A DNA stretch of 53,713 nucleotides from Campylobacterota bacterium (GTDB lineage: Bacteria > Campylobacterota > Campylobacteria > Campylobacterales > Sulfurimonadaceae). Within the stretch, counting starts at the first letter, position 1. The number at the start of each line of letters is the position of its first letter. The notes under the pieces were generated by a model that saw nothing but the letters and a program-made list of their open reading frames with translations, made no database searches and was not told where the DNA came from. This document shows, piece by piece, positions 8,938 to 17,070 of this stretch. The position numbers were made by a program, and so were the translations under genes. The stretch is from NCBI GenBank assembly GCA_034659135.1, contig JAYEGP010000070.1, positions 1 through 53,713 of the forward strand. Direction: 5' to 3'.

Positions 8938-10044
8938 CTACCTCTCAATCTCAGGGGGACAGATGCCCAATGAGTTCATAATCATGGCGACATTAGAGAG
9001 CTCTTCATTTTCAAGAAGCGTCTCTAAGAGTGTAAAGCCATGAATCAGTGAAGGTCCTTTAACCTGCATACGACGGATATATTCACTGCCATCACCTGCC
9101 ATGTAATACCCAAATTCCCCACGTGCCGACTCTACGGCAACGTAAGTATCGTCTTTAGGCAGTTTAAACTTACGATGTTTAGGAATTTTCTGCATAATAG
9201 CGCCCTCTTTAGGCATCTGAGTTATCACTTGACGTAAAATTTTCACTGATTCACGCAGTTCGGCGCGACGTACCAAAGCACGGGCGTAAACATCGCCTCC
9301 ATCAAAGCTAGGAATCTCAAAATCAAAATTTTCATAACCCAGATAGGGATTATCACGGCGCAGATCATGTTTAATCCCGCAGCCGCGAAGCACTTGCCCG
9401 ACATAGCCATTACGCAGAGCCTCATCAGCATTGACAACACCGACACCGATGGCACGTTTTTTAAAACTGGCATTATCAAAAAAGATGCGGTCATACTCTA
9501 TCAAGCGCTTCTCAAAATAGTCCAAAAACTCGCCCAAACGCGCTAAGAAGTTCTCAGGTAATTCACGACGCACCCCACCTGGATAGATGTACATATGATA
9601 CACACGCCCACCGGTTAAGGCTTCAAAAAGGTCTAAAATAAGATCTCTATCGTAAATACTCCACTGTCCTACGGTAGCCAGACCTACCGATCCGCTCTGG
9701 CCGCCCATCCAGAGCAGTTGTGTTGCCATTCGTGCCATCTCTAATACCATCACACGGATCATTGTCGCTTTCTCACTCACTTCAATGCCTGTGAGGTTTT
9801 CAACGGCCATGGCAAAGTTTGCCTCGTTGGGATCAGGTTCGGGTACACAGATACGACAGACAATCGTAAAGGCTTGAATGATAGTACGGCGTTCAATGAG
9901 CTTTTCAAAACCACGGTGCAGATAGCCTACATGGGTTTGTGCGCGGGTGATGGTCTCACCACGCAGATCAAGTTCAACGCTCATATTTCCCGTGATACCC
10001 GGATGTTGAGGGCCATGATAGATTGTGATAATCTCACGATTCAT
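8938..10044 (-). CDS. NuoD / group-4 hydrogenase large-subunit homologue with an incomplete [NiFe] Cys set (MbxL/MbsL-like)
   Basis: 368 aa. The N-terminus YHGPQHPG...HVGYLHRGFEKL is typical of the NuoD/HycE family. The N-terminal metal motif reads RICVPE instead of RxCGxC. The C-terminal motif reads ICPPEIER instead of DPCxxCxxR. Confidence 0.85.
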   Translation of the reverse strand: MNREIITIYHGPQHPGITGNMSVELDLRGETITRAQTHVGYLHRGFEKLIERRTIIQAFTIVCRICVPEPDPNEANFAMAVENLTGIEVSEKATMIRVMVLEMARMATQLLWMGGQSGSVGLATVGQWSIYDRDLILDLFEALTGGRVYHMYIYPGGVRRELPENFLARLGEFLDYFEKRLIEYDRIFFDNASFKKRAIGVGVVNADEALRNGYVGQVLRGCGIKHDLRRDNPYLGYENFDFEIPSFDGGDVYARALVRRAELRESVKILRQVITQMPKEGAIMQKIPKHRKFKLPKDDTYVAVESARGEFGYYMAGDGSEYIRRMQVKGPSLIHGFTLLETLLENEELSNVAMIMNSLGICPPEIER

Positions 10045-10573
10045 TCTTGGCCTCCTTGAGAGCTTTCGCTTCCGCGCGGCGACGTTTCATCTCAACTTTA
10101 ACATCTCTGTTATCATCGCGTCCCCCTCTAAAGTCATAATGCTCATTGACATAAGCCAAGGTGTCAAACTCACGACGCATCGGGGGAATCTCTTTCCAAT
10201 CTTCTAAGGCAAAATCGTAAAGCGTTTCATTGCCCTCAAAATGTATCCCAAACATCTCATGAAGTTCGCGCTCCATCACTTCAATTTGTGCAAACTGATT
10301 ACTGAGTGTCGGCAGTGTCACATCATCACGTCCAATGTGAATCTCTACCATCAAATTAGCATCGCGTTTATCGGTTGTTAAAAGGTAATTGAGTGCAAAG
10401 ATTTCCTCTTCGATCCAATCGGTACATGTCAGCTGAGAGAGCGTCTTAAAATCACTGATACTTGTCACATGGGCAAGGGTTTCAAGTAGTGATTCACTGC
10501 TTACATGTAACTTATAAAGTCTTGGACTTTTTTCTACGATATCATAATGCGTTTGCAATGGTGTTATCATCAA
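10034..10573 (-). CDS. NuoC (30 kDa)/MbxK-like subunit
   Basis: 179 aa. The block ERELHEMFGIHFEGN is typical of NuoC/HycE N-domain proteins. It overlaps both neighbouring genes. Confidence 0.8.
   Translation of the reverse strand: MMITPLQTHYDIVEKSPRLYKLHVSSESLLETLAHVTSISDFKTLSQLTCTDWIEEEIFALNYLLTTDKRDANLMVEIHIGRDDVTLPTLSNQFAQIEVMERELHEMFGIHFEGNETLYDFALEDWKEIPPMRREFDTLAYVNEHYDFRGGRDDNRDVKVEMKRRRAEAKALKEAKNES
10501..10510. repeat. Iterated palindrome TTACATGTAA (exact)
   Basis: Inside the NuoC/MbxK-like CDS, read as L-H-V on the minus strand. The flank gives CTTACATGTAA. Confidence 0.95.
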
Positions 10574-11181
10574 TTCATCCCTGCAAAATTCTCTTCAAAA
10601 CGTGGGGCTATAGCGTCTCCGAAGAGTTTTTTCTGGTTTGTAAGATAAAAGTCGTAATTGTTTTTATACTTCATATATCCAGCGGTTTCACTGTCATCTT
10701 TGATCGTCTCCTGGAGTTTCACAAAACCCTCTATCAGCGCTTCGGGTCGAGGCATACAGCCATTGACATACATGTCCACAGGAAGATAATCATCAAGTTT
10801 TTTTATGGTGTTATAGCTGTCCCAATACATCCCGCCATTAATGGTGCAGCTTCCCAAACCGATGATATATTTAGGCTCATTCATCTGTTCATAAGAGCGG
10901 ATCACCCGCTTGAGCGTTTTAGGCGAACAGTACCCTGAGACAATCAAAATATCTGCTTGTCTCGGGGTCGCAACACCCACGACTCCTAAACGTTCAATAT
11001 CATAGCGGCTTGTAAAGGTTGGCGGCATCTCTATCGCCCCACATCCCGTTCCATAAGCCAGAACAAACATACTTCGTGCGCGAAACCATGCAATGGCTTT
11101 TTCAACGACACTTTGGGTACTTTTAAGCTCATGTTCTTCTGCTTCTAATGATTGGTGATACTGTGTAAATCCTTCATCCAT
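10570..11181 (-). CDS. NuoB (20 kDa)/MbxJ-like Fe-S subunit
   Basis: 203 aa. Motifs GTGCGAIEM, GSCTINGG and GCMPRPE correspond to NuoB/small-subunit cluster-binding motifs. Confidence 0.85.
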   Translation of the reverse strand: MDEGFTQYHQSLEAEEHELKSTQSVVEKAIAWFRARSMFVLAYGTGCGAIEMPPTFTSRYDIERLGVVGVATPRQADILIVSGYCSPKTLKRVIRSYEQMNEPKYIIGLGSCTINGGMYWDSYNTIKKLDDYLPVDMYVNGCMPRPEALIEGFVKLQETIKDDSETAGYMKYKNNYDFYLTNQKKLFGDAIAPRFEENFAGMN

Positions 11182-11191
11182 TTCCCACTCC

Positions 11192-12064
11192 TTAAAGCAT
11201 CAATAAACCCGCTATCCCGATAAGAGTCGGAATACGGATAAGAAACTCTACACTCTGAATCGTACTCAGACGCGCATAAACACTACCCACAAAAAGGGCA
11301 CTAATAAATAAAATAAAGGTCTTTATAATCAGATCGAGCAGTGAATCTGCTCCGCCTAAAAAAAGATTAACCATCAAAAGCAGTTTTGCAAAAGAGAAGA
11401 TAGCACTCTGACTCATTGCCAGTGCAAAAAACTTTCCACTCAATTCGCTCGCAGGCCCACTATAGACTTCAGGCGGTGCGCCGACAACATCAAAGGGTGA
11501 TTTTCCCATAAATCCCACAAAGGAGATAAACGCGGCAATAAAGAGAAGCGGATGCGCCATCATGTTACATGTAAGACTCTGATTGGCCATAATAACATTC
11601 AGATCGGCACTCTCATTGGCAATCATCAATCCAATGGTGGCGATATAAAAGGGAAGCTCCAGCCCAATAAGCCGACTCAGTCCCCGTGTCACACCCATAA
11701 CACCAAAGGGGTTACCATTACTTCCCACACCCAAGGCATTTCCAAGTGGACCAAGTACCATAAGGTATAAGATCACAATGAGATTACCATAGGAACTAAA
11801 ACCTTGCAGTGTCACACCATCATTAAAAAAAGGAATAAAAAGCACGGTCATCATCGCACCCGAAGCCATGATAATCACACCCGCGTAAAACATCCAGCCA
11901 AAAGAGGTGCTGCTACTTTTTAAAAAGAGCTTGATACTATCAAAAAAAGATTGGGCGATCGAAGGCCCAAAGCGTTTATGAATACGCGCGGTGATGTTAC
12001 GATAGAGTCCGTAATATAAAAAGCCAAAACTATAAGCCATAAAGAGCATCAAGAGACTATCCAT
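11192..12064 (-). CDS. NuoH/HycD/MbxM-like membrane subunit
   Basis: 290 aa, polytopic. The N-terminal RIHKRFGPSIAQSFFDSIKLFLK resembles the NuoH signature. Confidence 0.7.
   Translation of the reverse strand: MDSLLMLFMAYSFGFLYYGLYRNITARIHKRFGPSIAQSFFDSIKLFLKSSSTSFGWMFYAGVIIMASGAMMTVLFIPFFNDGVTLQGFSSYGNLIVILYLMVLGPLGNALGVGSNGNPFGVMGVTRGLSRLIGLELPFYIATIGLMIANESADLNVIMANQSLTCNMMAHPLLFIAAFISFVGFMGKSPFDVVGAPPEVYSGPASELSGKFFALAMSQSAIFSFAKLLLMVNLFLGGADSLLDLIIKTFILFISALFVGSVYARLSTIQSVEFLIRIPTLIGIAGLLML
11565..11574. repeat. Iterated palindrome TTACATGTAA (exact)
   Basis: Inside the NuoH/MbxM-like CDS, read as L-T-C-N. The flank gives TTACATGTAAG. Confidence 0.95.
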
Positions 12065-13680
12065 TAGGCGACTCCTATCATGAGTAAAAGGGTAAAGAAG
12101 AGTAAAATAAGGATCGCGACATTTTGGACACAGAGCTTATAAAAACTTTGAATCAGCCCAGAACTCTCACCCGCCATACGGCTCACACGAGACCAAAAAC
12201 GCGCAGAAGTGTGTCGTAAGATGAGACCGATAAAACTGATACGACGTAACTCCTCTCCCATTCCAAAACCGTAATGCAGGTTTTTACTCTCATGAGGAAC
12301 TTCGCCACAATAGCTGATATCGAGTCGATCTTTGGGTAAAACCGCTTTGGAACTCAGACGCATCACACCGAGAAGAATCAGCACAAAAAGCGTGCCAAAT
12401 ACCGCCATCAACACGCCACCATTAAAGGAGGCAAATGGGGTGCTAAGTTCAAAAAGAGAGCCGACACTTTGCGCCTCTAAGCCTAAACTGAGAAGAATCT
12501 CATTAAAAAAGCTACGTGGTAAGGCGGGCAAAATACCCAAAACAACTAAGATAACAGCGCTAAAAACTTGAGGGATATAGAAGCTTTTAGGAACATCTAA
12601 ATACTCTTGATGATGGCTAGGCTGTCCGAGATAGATGCCATAAACCAATTTATAGCAATATAAAAAGGCCGATGCCGAACTAAACATCACCGCAGTCAGC
12701 AAGAGCGCTTTTTGCGATGATAAGAGTGAGGTGTAGATAAGAAACTTACTGTTAAAACCACCCAAGAGTGGCATACCTGCTAAAACAATAATCCCAATGA
12801 CCAAAAGTACAAACAGAAGTGGAAATTTATAAATCAAGGCACCCAGATCACTAAAAGCAGTCTTACCGCTAATGGCAATCACGGTAGCGATATTAACAAA
12901 AAGCAGCAGTTTCACCAGGGTATGAATGAGCGTGTGATAGAGCGCCGCTTCAATGGCAACACTGTTAAGCAGGGCTAAAACAGTAATAATATAACCCAAC
13001 TGCGCCATAGATGAGTAGGCTAAAAGACGTTTCATCTCATTTTCATTAATGGCTTTAAAAGTGGCAACAATCGAAGTGAGTACCCCCATCCACGCCATAA
13101 AGTCAAATACCACTTCAGGAGTGTTGCTGCCTTTTAAAATCTGTGTAAAAAAGAGAATAAAAACAAAAATACCCGCTTTAGAAAGGATAGCACTCAGCAG
13201 TGCGCTAAAAAGATCATCGGCCTGCTCATAGCTATCCACCATCCAGTGATGCAGGGGCATTACACCTGACTTGACAAAGATAGCGATAAGAAGTAACAGA
13301 GCGATGGCAATGCTGAGATTTTCAGAAATAGCCGAAGCATCAATAGCCTCATAAAGCATACTTCCCCCATAGCTGTAGATAAGCACAATCGCACCCAAAA
13401 GTGAAAACGCTCCCGCAAGATTGAAGATTATATACTTCTGTAAAATCGCTTTTTGTGCACTTTTAGCAAGAATAAAATAACTACTCCATCCCATGATCTC
13501 CCATCCGATAAACAGAGTTATCATATCCGCGGCGTAAAAGATCATGCCCAGCCCCAAAAGCAGAAGCAGATGCAGGAAAAAATCATGCTGTTTTGACTTC
13601 ACTATGAACAGTGTCACAAAGACAAAGAGAGAGAGTCCAAAAAAGAGATGTCCAAGCATGGTCGCTTCAAAGTGAAACAT
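12064..13680 (-). CDS. Antiporter-like (NuoL/M/N, MrpD family) subunit, second copy (MbxH'-like)
   Basis: 538 aa, polytopic. It has the Proton_antipo_M-type core (..WEIMGWSSY.., ..LAYSSMAQLGYI..). Confidence 0.8.
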   Translation of the reverse strand: MFHFEATMLGHLFFGLSLFVFVTLFIVKSKQHDFFLHLLLLLGLGMIFYAADMITLFIGWEIMGWSSYFILAKSAQKAILQKYIIFNLAGAFSLLGAIVLIYSYGGSMLYEAIDASAISENLSIAIALLLLIAIFVKSGVMPLHHWMVDSYEQADDLFSALLSAILSKAGIFVFILFFTQILKGSNTPEVVFDFMAWMGVLTSIVATFKAINENEMKRLLAYSSMAQLGYIITVLALLNSVAIEAALYHTLIHTLVKLLLFVNIATVIAISGKTAFSDLGALIYKFPLLFVLLVIGIIVLAGMPLLGGFNSKFLIYTSLLSSQKALLLTAVMFSSASAFLYCYKLVYGIYLGQPSHHQEYLDVPKSFYIPQVFSAVILVVLGILPALPRSFFNEILLSLGLEAQSVGSLFELSTPFASFNGGVLMAVFGTLFVLILLGVMRLSSKAVLPKDRLDISYCGEVPHESKNLHYGFGMGEELRRISFIGLILRHTSARFWSRVSRMAGESSGLIQSFYKLCVQNVAILILLFFTLLLMIGVA

Positions 13681-15064
13681 GAGAAACTCCTAACATCGCT
13701 TTCGCGGCTTCGTGTGTGAGCTCTAGAAGCGCTTCTGGCATCACGCCAAGCCCAAGTAGCACAAGCATCATCACACCTAAAAGTGCGCCTTGATTCCATG
13801 ATAGTGAGAGCGCTTCTTTCTCACCCTTATGCCGTAAGCCACCCAGAAGTCTAAAAAGATAGGCCGCTTCAACAAGTGAGATGCTCAAGATGAGTCCTAT
13901 CATGAGATAGGCTTCTTGACTTGCCAGACCTTTTAAGATACTCAACTTGGCAATAAAACCGGCAAAGGGAGGAATGCCAAGCAAGGATAAAAAACCCACA
14001 ATAAAGACCAGTCCAAGAAAAAGTGATTCAAACTGGGTAAAAATGACACTTTTGGTACTCTTAAAGTGATGCTCTAAAATATCCAAACCCATAAAAAGCA
14101 TTATCTTAGCAATCGCATGCACTACGATCAAAAAGAGTGCCGCGCTCACCAAAACCTCATCGGCAAAACTCAGTGCTAAGAAAATCACCCCAATCTGACC
14201 TAAGCTTGAATACGCAAAAACACGTTTAAGCTCACTACTTTTAAGCGCCGAAAACTCTGCTACGCCAAACGAGATGATCCCGATCACACTTAAAAAAGCC
14301 AACTGTTCACTGCTTACATGTAAGAGATAGACCAGATGAAAGAAGAGAAAGAGATAACTCTTAGAGAGCATGGCACTAAAAAGTCCACCAACACTACTTC
14401 GTGAGGCCTGATAAATATCAGCCACCCAGAGATTGAGTGGAAATATCTCTGCTTTGATTCCAAATCCGATAAACAAACAGAGTAAGATTAAAAATTGTAG
14501 TGAGGCTTCAAGGGTATGAAAACGCTCCGCAATAAGCGTAAGATTGAGCGCACCCGTGCCTAAGTAGATCAGCATAATCGCTAAAAGTAAAAAGAGTGAT
14601 GCGATCATCCCGATAATCATATAGCGAATCGCACCGCCATAAGCCTTGGCATCACGGTTAAGTGAGGTTAAGATATAAGCACTGATACTCGCTATCTCAA
14701 AAAAGATATAGATATTAAAGATATCATGGCTCATAACCAGACCAAAGACACCCACACTGAGCATATTAGTCGTAATGAAGAGTGCTTTATCTGAAGGTGC
14801 ATTCAGACGATAGAGTGAAAATACCAGCATCATACTCGAAAAGAGCATGACAAAGAGTGCAGAAGCCTGATCGAGGACAAAACTGATGGCCAGAGGGGAG
14901 TCAAAAGCGATACGTTCAACGATAGGGAGTGATTCATAAAGCGAAATGCTCATCATGACAAGCAGACCATAGAGCATGAGCGCCACGAGATTGAGCCATC
15001 TAAGGAAAAAAGGGCTTAAGAAACTTAGCAGCAGTGGTAAAGCGATAAAGTAGAGCAGACTCAT
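13667..15064 (-). CDS. Antiporter-like (MrpD/NuoN family) subunit (MbxH-like)
   Basis: 465 aa, polytopic. Blocks ..FAYSSLGQIGVI.. and ..FFEIASISAY.. are present. Confidence 0.8.
   Translation of the reverse strand: MSLLYFIALPLLLSFLSPFFLRWLNLVALMLYGLLVMMSISLYESLPIVERIAFDSPLAISFVLDQASALFVMLFSSMMLVFSLYRLNAPSDKALFITTNMLSVGVFGLVMSHDIFNIYIFFEIASISAYILTSLNRDAKAYGGAIRYMIIGMIASLFLLLAIMLIYLGTGALNLTLIAERFHTLEASLQFLILLCLFIGFGIKAEIFPLNLWVADIYQASRSSVGGLFSAMLSKSYLFLFFHLVYLLHVSSEQLAFLSVIGIISFGVAEFSALKSSELKRVFAYSSLGQIGVIFLALSFADEVLVSAALFLIVVHAIAKIMLFMGLDILEHHFKSTKSVIFTQFESLFLGLVFIVGFLSLLGIPPFAGFIAKLSILKGLASQEAYLMIGLILSISLVEAAYLFRLLGGLRHKGEKEALSLSWNQGALLGVMMLVLLGLGVMPEALLELTHEAAKAMLGVSHVSL
14314..14323. repeat. 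Iterated palindrome TTACATGTAA (exact, full 12-mer CTTACATGTAAG)
   Basis: Inside the MbxH-like antiporter CDS, read as L-H-V. Confidence 0.95.
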
Positions 15065-15447
15065 TGACGCTCTCCAAGCTCATCCATCTTATCGACCTGC
15101 ATGTGCCCACTCAGTTTATAATAGCGCATCACAAAGGAGAGCGCCAACGCTAAAACGGCTAAGGCGATAACGATCGTTGTGAGTATCATCGCCTGAGGCA
15201 CAGGATCAACCATCTGTGAGCTAAACTTTTGAATCTCACCGCTAAGAATAGGTGCACTTTTACCGACTTCAAAATGATGACCGATAAAGAAGAGAAAGAG
15301 ACTTCCCTCTGCTATAGAGAGGGCTAAAAAGATTTTAAAAAGATTTTTTTTCGCCATCGCGCCCACTAAACCAATAGCAAAGATACTAAAAGAGCCGATC
15401 GTGACGATGAACTCAACACTGCGCGTCTCGTTTAACAGATCAAGCAT
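15061..15447 (-). CDS. MnhC/NuoK-like subunit (MbxG-like)
   Basis: 128 aa with three TM helices. It overlaps both neighbouring genes. Confidence 0.7.
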   Translation of the reverse strand: MLDLLNETRSVEFIVTIGSFSIFAIGLVGAMAKKNLFKIFLALSIAEGSLFLFFIGHHFEVGKSAPILSGEIQKFSSQMVDPVPQAMILTTIVIALAVLALALSFVMRYYKLSGHMQVDKMDELGERQ

Positions 15448-16138
15448 GTTCTGCCTTTATGAAGAGTTCTGCCATGGCAGCAATTTCAGCGGCAACTTTT
15501 AATCCTACAAAGATATAGATAATTTCCAAGACACCCCCGCTAAAAAGTGTACCGATCTCACCCAAAGGAAGAAAATTCTCAAAAAAGCGACCTGTCACGA
15601 TAAGTCCTAAAACACCCACAAGGATAAAGCCAGCGCCGCTGAGTGCCTCAACAAGCTTGATGATACGTTCACTTAAATGGTAATCATCCCCGTGAGTGAG
15701 AAAAAGAAGTAAAAATCCACTCGCAATGATAACACCGCCTTGAAAACCTCCACCCGGACTCAAATGTCCATGTAAGATGATATAAATACCAAACAGTAAG
15801 ATCAAAGGGAAAAGAACCTTTGTACCGATTTTAAGCAGCGCATTATCAAATGAAAAAATATTTCGCTCATGTTTTTTGATACCTAAAGAGAGACCAAAGA
15901 TACTTAAAAACAGTATACTCACCTCACCCAAGGTATCGAGCCCACGAAAATAGGTAACAACAGAGGTCACGGCATTGGCACTTTGGGTTGCGGCACTATT
16001 GATCTCTAGTAGTTCCTTACCTAAAGTCATAGCGCTATGGGGTGTGTGAAGTAAAACACCAAGCAGAACAATACTCATGAGTGAAACGAGCAGAGAGACG
16101 AGAAGAGTCTGAACTCTAAGGCTACGTTTAAGACTCAT
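15440..16138 (-). CDS. MnhB-like membrane subunit
   Basis: 232 aa, polytopic. The block GHLSPGGGFQGGVI is typical of MnhB domains. Confidence 0.7.
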   Translation of the reverse strand: MSLKRSLRVQTLLVSLLVSLMSIVLLGVLLHTPHSAMTLGKELLEINSAATQSANAVTSVVTYFRGLDTLGEVSILFLSIFGLSLGIKKHERNIFSFDNALLKIGTKVLFPLILLFGIYIILHGHLSPGGGFQGGVIIASGFLLLFLTHGDDYHLSERIIKLVEALSGAGFILVGVLGLIVTGRFFENFLPLGEIGTLFSGGVLEIIYIFVGLKVAAEIAAMAELFIKAEHA

Positions 16139-16380
16139 TCGCGCTCCCTTTTATCGGTCTGCATTAAGGCGACTAAAAATACGACACTGCTGATTCCCGC
16201 GCCGATAACCGCTTCTGTCAAAGCGACATCTGGCGCACTGAAAAGGACATATAAGAGGGTACTTCCCAAACCAAAACCCATAAACAAAATGACCGCCGTT
16301 GCGAGTTCACGAGAGAGCACAATCATCACAGCCGTAATAATGAGCGCAGCAAAGACGGCAGCAATCAAAAATCCGATCAT
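16135..16380 (-). CDS. DUF4040 / MnhB N-terminal-like small membrane subunit (MbxD-like)
   Basis: 81 aa with 3 TM helices. The segment APDVALTEAVIGAGIS is typical of DUF4040. Confidence 0.6.
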   Translation of the reverse strand: MIGFLIAAVFAALIITAVMIVLSRELATAVILFMGFGLGSTLLYVLFSAPDVALTEAVIGAGISSVVFLVALMQTDKRERE

Positions 16381-16694
16381 GACTCTTCCTTGTACGCATC
16401 GACACGGCTTTTATTGAAAAAACCGCGTCGTAGGTAGTGTGAGCGTGCTAGAATTGATGAAGAGAGCGGATTGCTTAAGAGAATAAAGAGCGCTAAGAGC
16501 AGTAGTTTAAACCAAAGCGATGGCTCAAAACCGATGGCACCGATAATAATAAGAACGGTCCCTAGTGTAGACGCTTTAGTCGCCGCATGCATTCGTGTGA
16601 TAGCATCGGGCATTCGTAACAGACCGAGCGTCGCAATCAGAAGAAACAGGGTTCCAGTGGCAATGAAAATCGTGGCTATAAACTCAAGCATCAT
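16377..16694 (-). CDS. MnhG/MrpG-like subunit (MbxC-like)
   Basis: The track ORF 16377..16784 overlaps the MnhF-like gene by 100 nt. An internal start at MMLEFIATIF.. (about 16694-16703) gives the usual MnhG N-terminus with LLRMPDAITRMHAATKASTLG. Confidence 0.7.
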   Translation of the reverse strand: MMLEFIATIFIATGTLFLLIATLGLLRMPDAITRMHAATKASTLGTVLIIIGAIGFEPSLWFKLLLLALFILLSNPLSSSILARSHYLRRGFFNKSRVDAYKEES

Positions 16695-16938
16695 TACCCT
16701 CATTAAGATTAAAACGTGCAAAGACGATCGTACCGATAAAACCGATGAGTGCAAACACAAAGGCGATATCAAGATAGAATTCACTCTTACATGTAACCGA
16801 AAGTACCACTAAAAGTGAAACCGTGATGATTCCCATCGTATCAAAAGCAAGAATACGATCACTTAAAAACGGGCCGCGTAAAAACTGAATAAAGGCGAGA
16901 AAGATGGCGCCAATGATAAGTAGAGTTAAAATTTCCAT
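16684..16938 (-). CDS. MnhF/MrpF-like subunit (MbxB-like), first gene of the operon
   Basis: The track ORF reaches 16983, but MEILTLLIIGAIFLAFIQFLRGPFLSDRILAFD (ATG at 16938) is the canonical MnhF start. Confidence 0.7.
   Translation of the reverse strand: MEILTLLIIGAIFLAFIQFLRGPFLSDRILAFDTMGIITVSLLVVLSVTCKSEFYLDIAFVFALIGFIGTIVFARFNLNEGNDA
16787..16796. repeat. Iterated palindrome TTACATGTAA (exact)
   Basis: Inside the MnhF-like CDS, read as V-T-C-K. The flank gives CTTACATGTAA. Confidence 0.95.
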
Positions 16939-17070
16939 ATAACCTATTCCATTAAAATTACTGTATCTTATCAAAAAATGCATACATTATGATTACGAAA
17001 ATGCTTCATTTTCAAGCAAACTGTAATCTTAGAGTGCTATGATACGAAAAATAATAAATAAGAGAACATT

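Noticed and set aside
8938-10044. Calling the NuoD-like protein a [NiFe] hydrogenase large subunit
   Set aside because: Only one Cys of each CxxC pair is present, and the other positions are Glu. No hyp maturation genes or endopeptidase are nearby. It was kept as an Mbx/MBS-like subunit instead.
16695-16983. Longer N-termini of the MnhG-like (to 16784) and MnhF-like (to 16983) ORFs
   Set aside because: The extensions overlap the neighbouring gene or add non-membrane sequence upstream of the canonical family N-termini. Internal ATG starts fit the families better.
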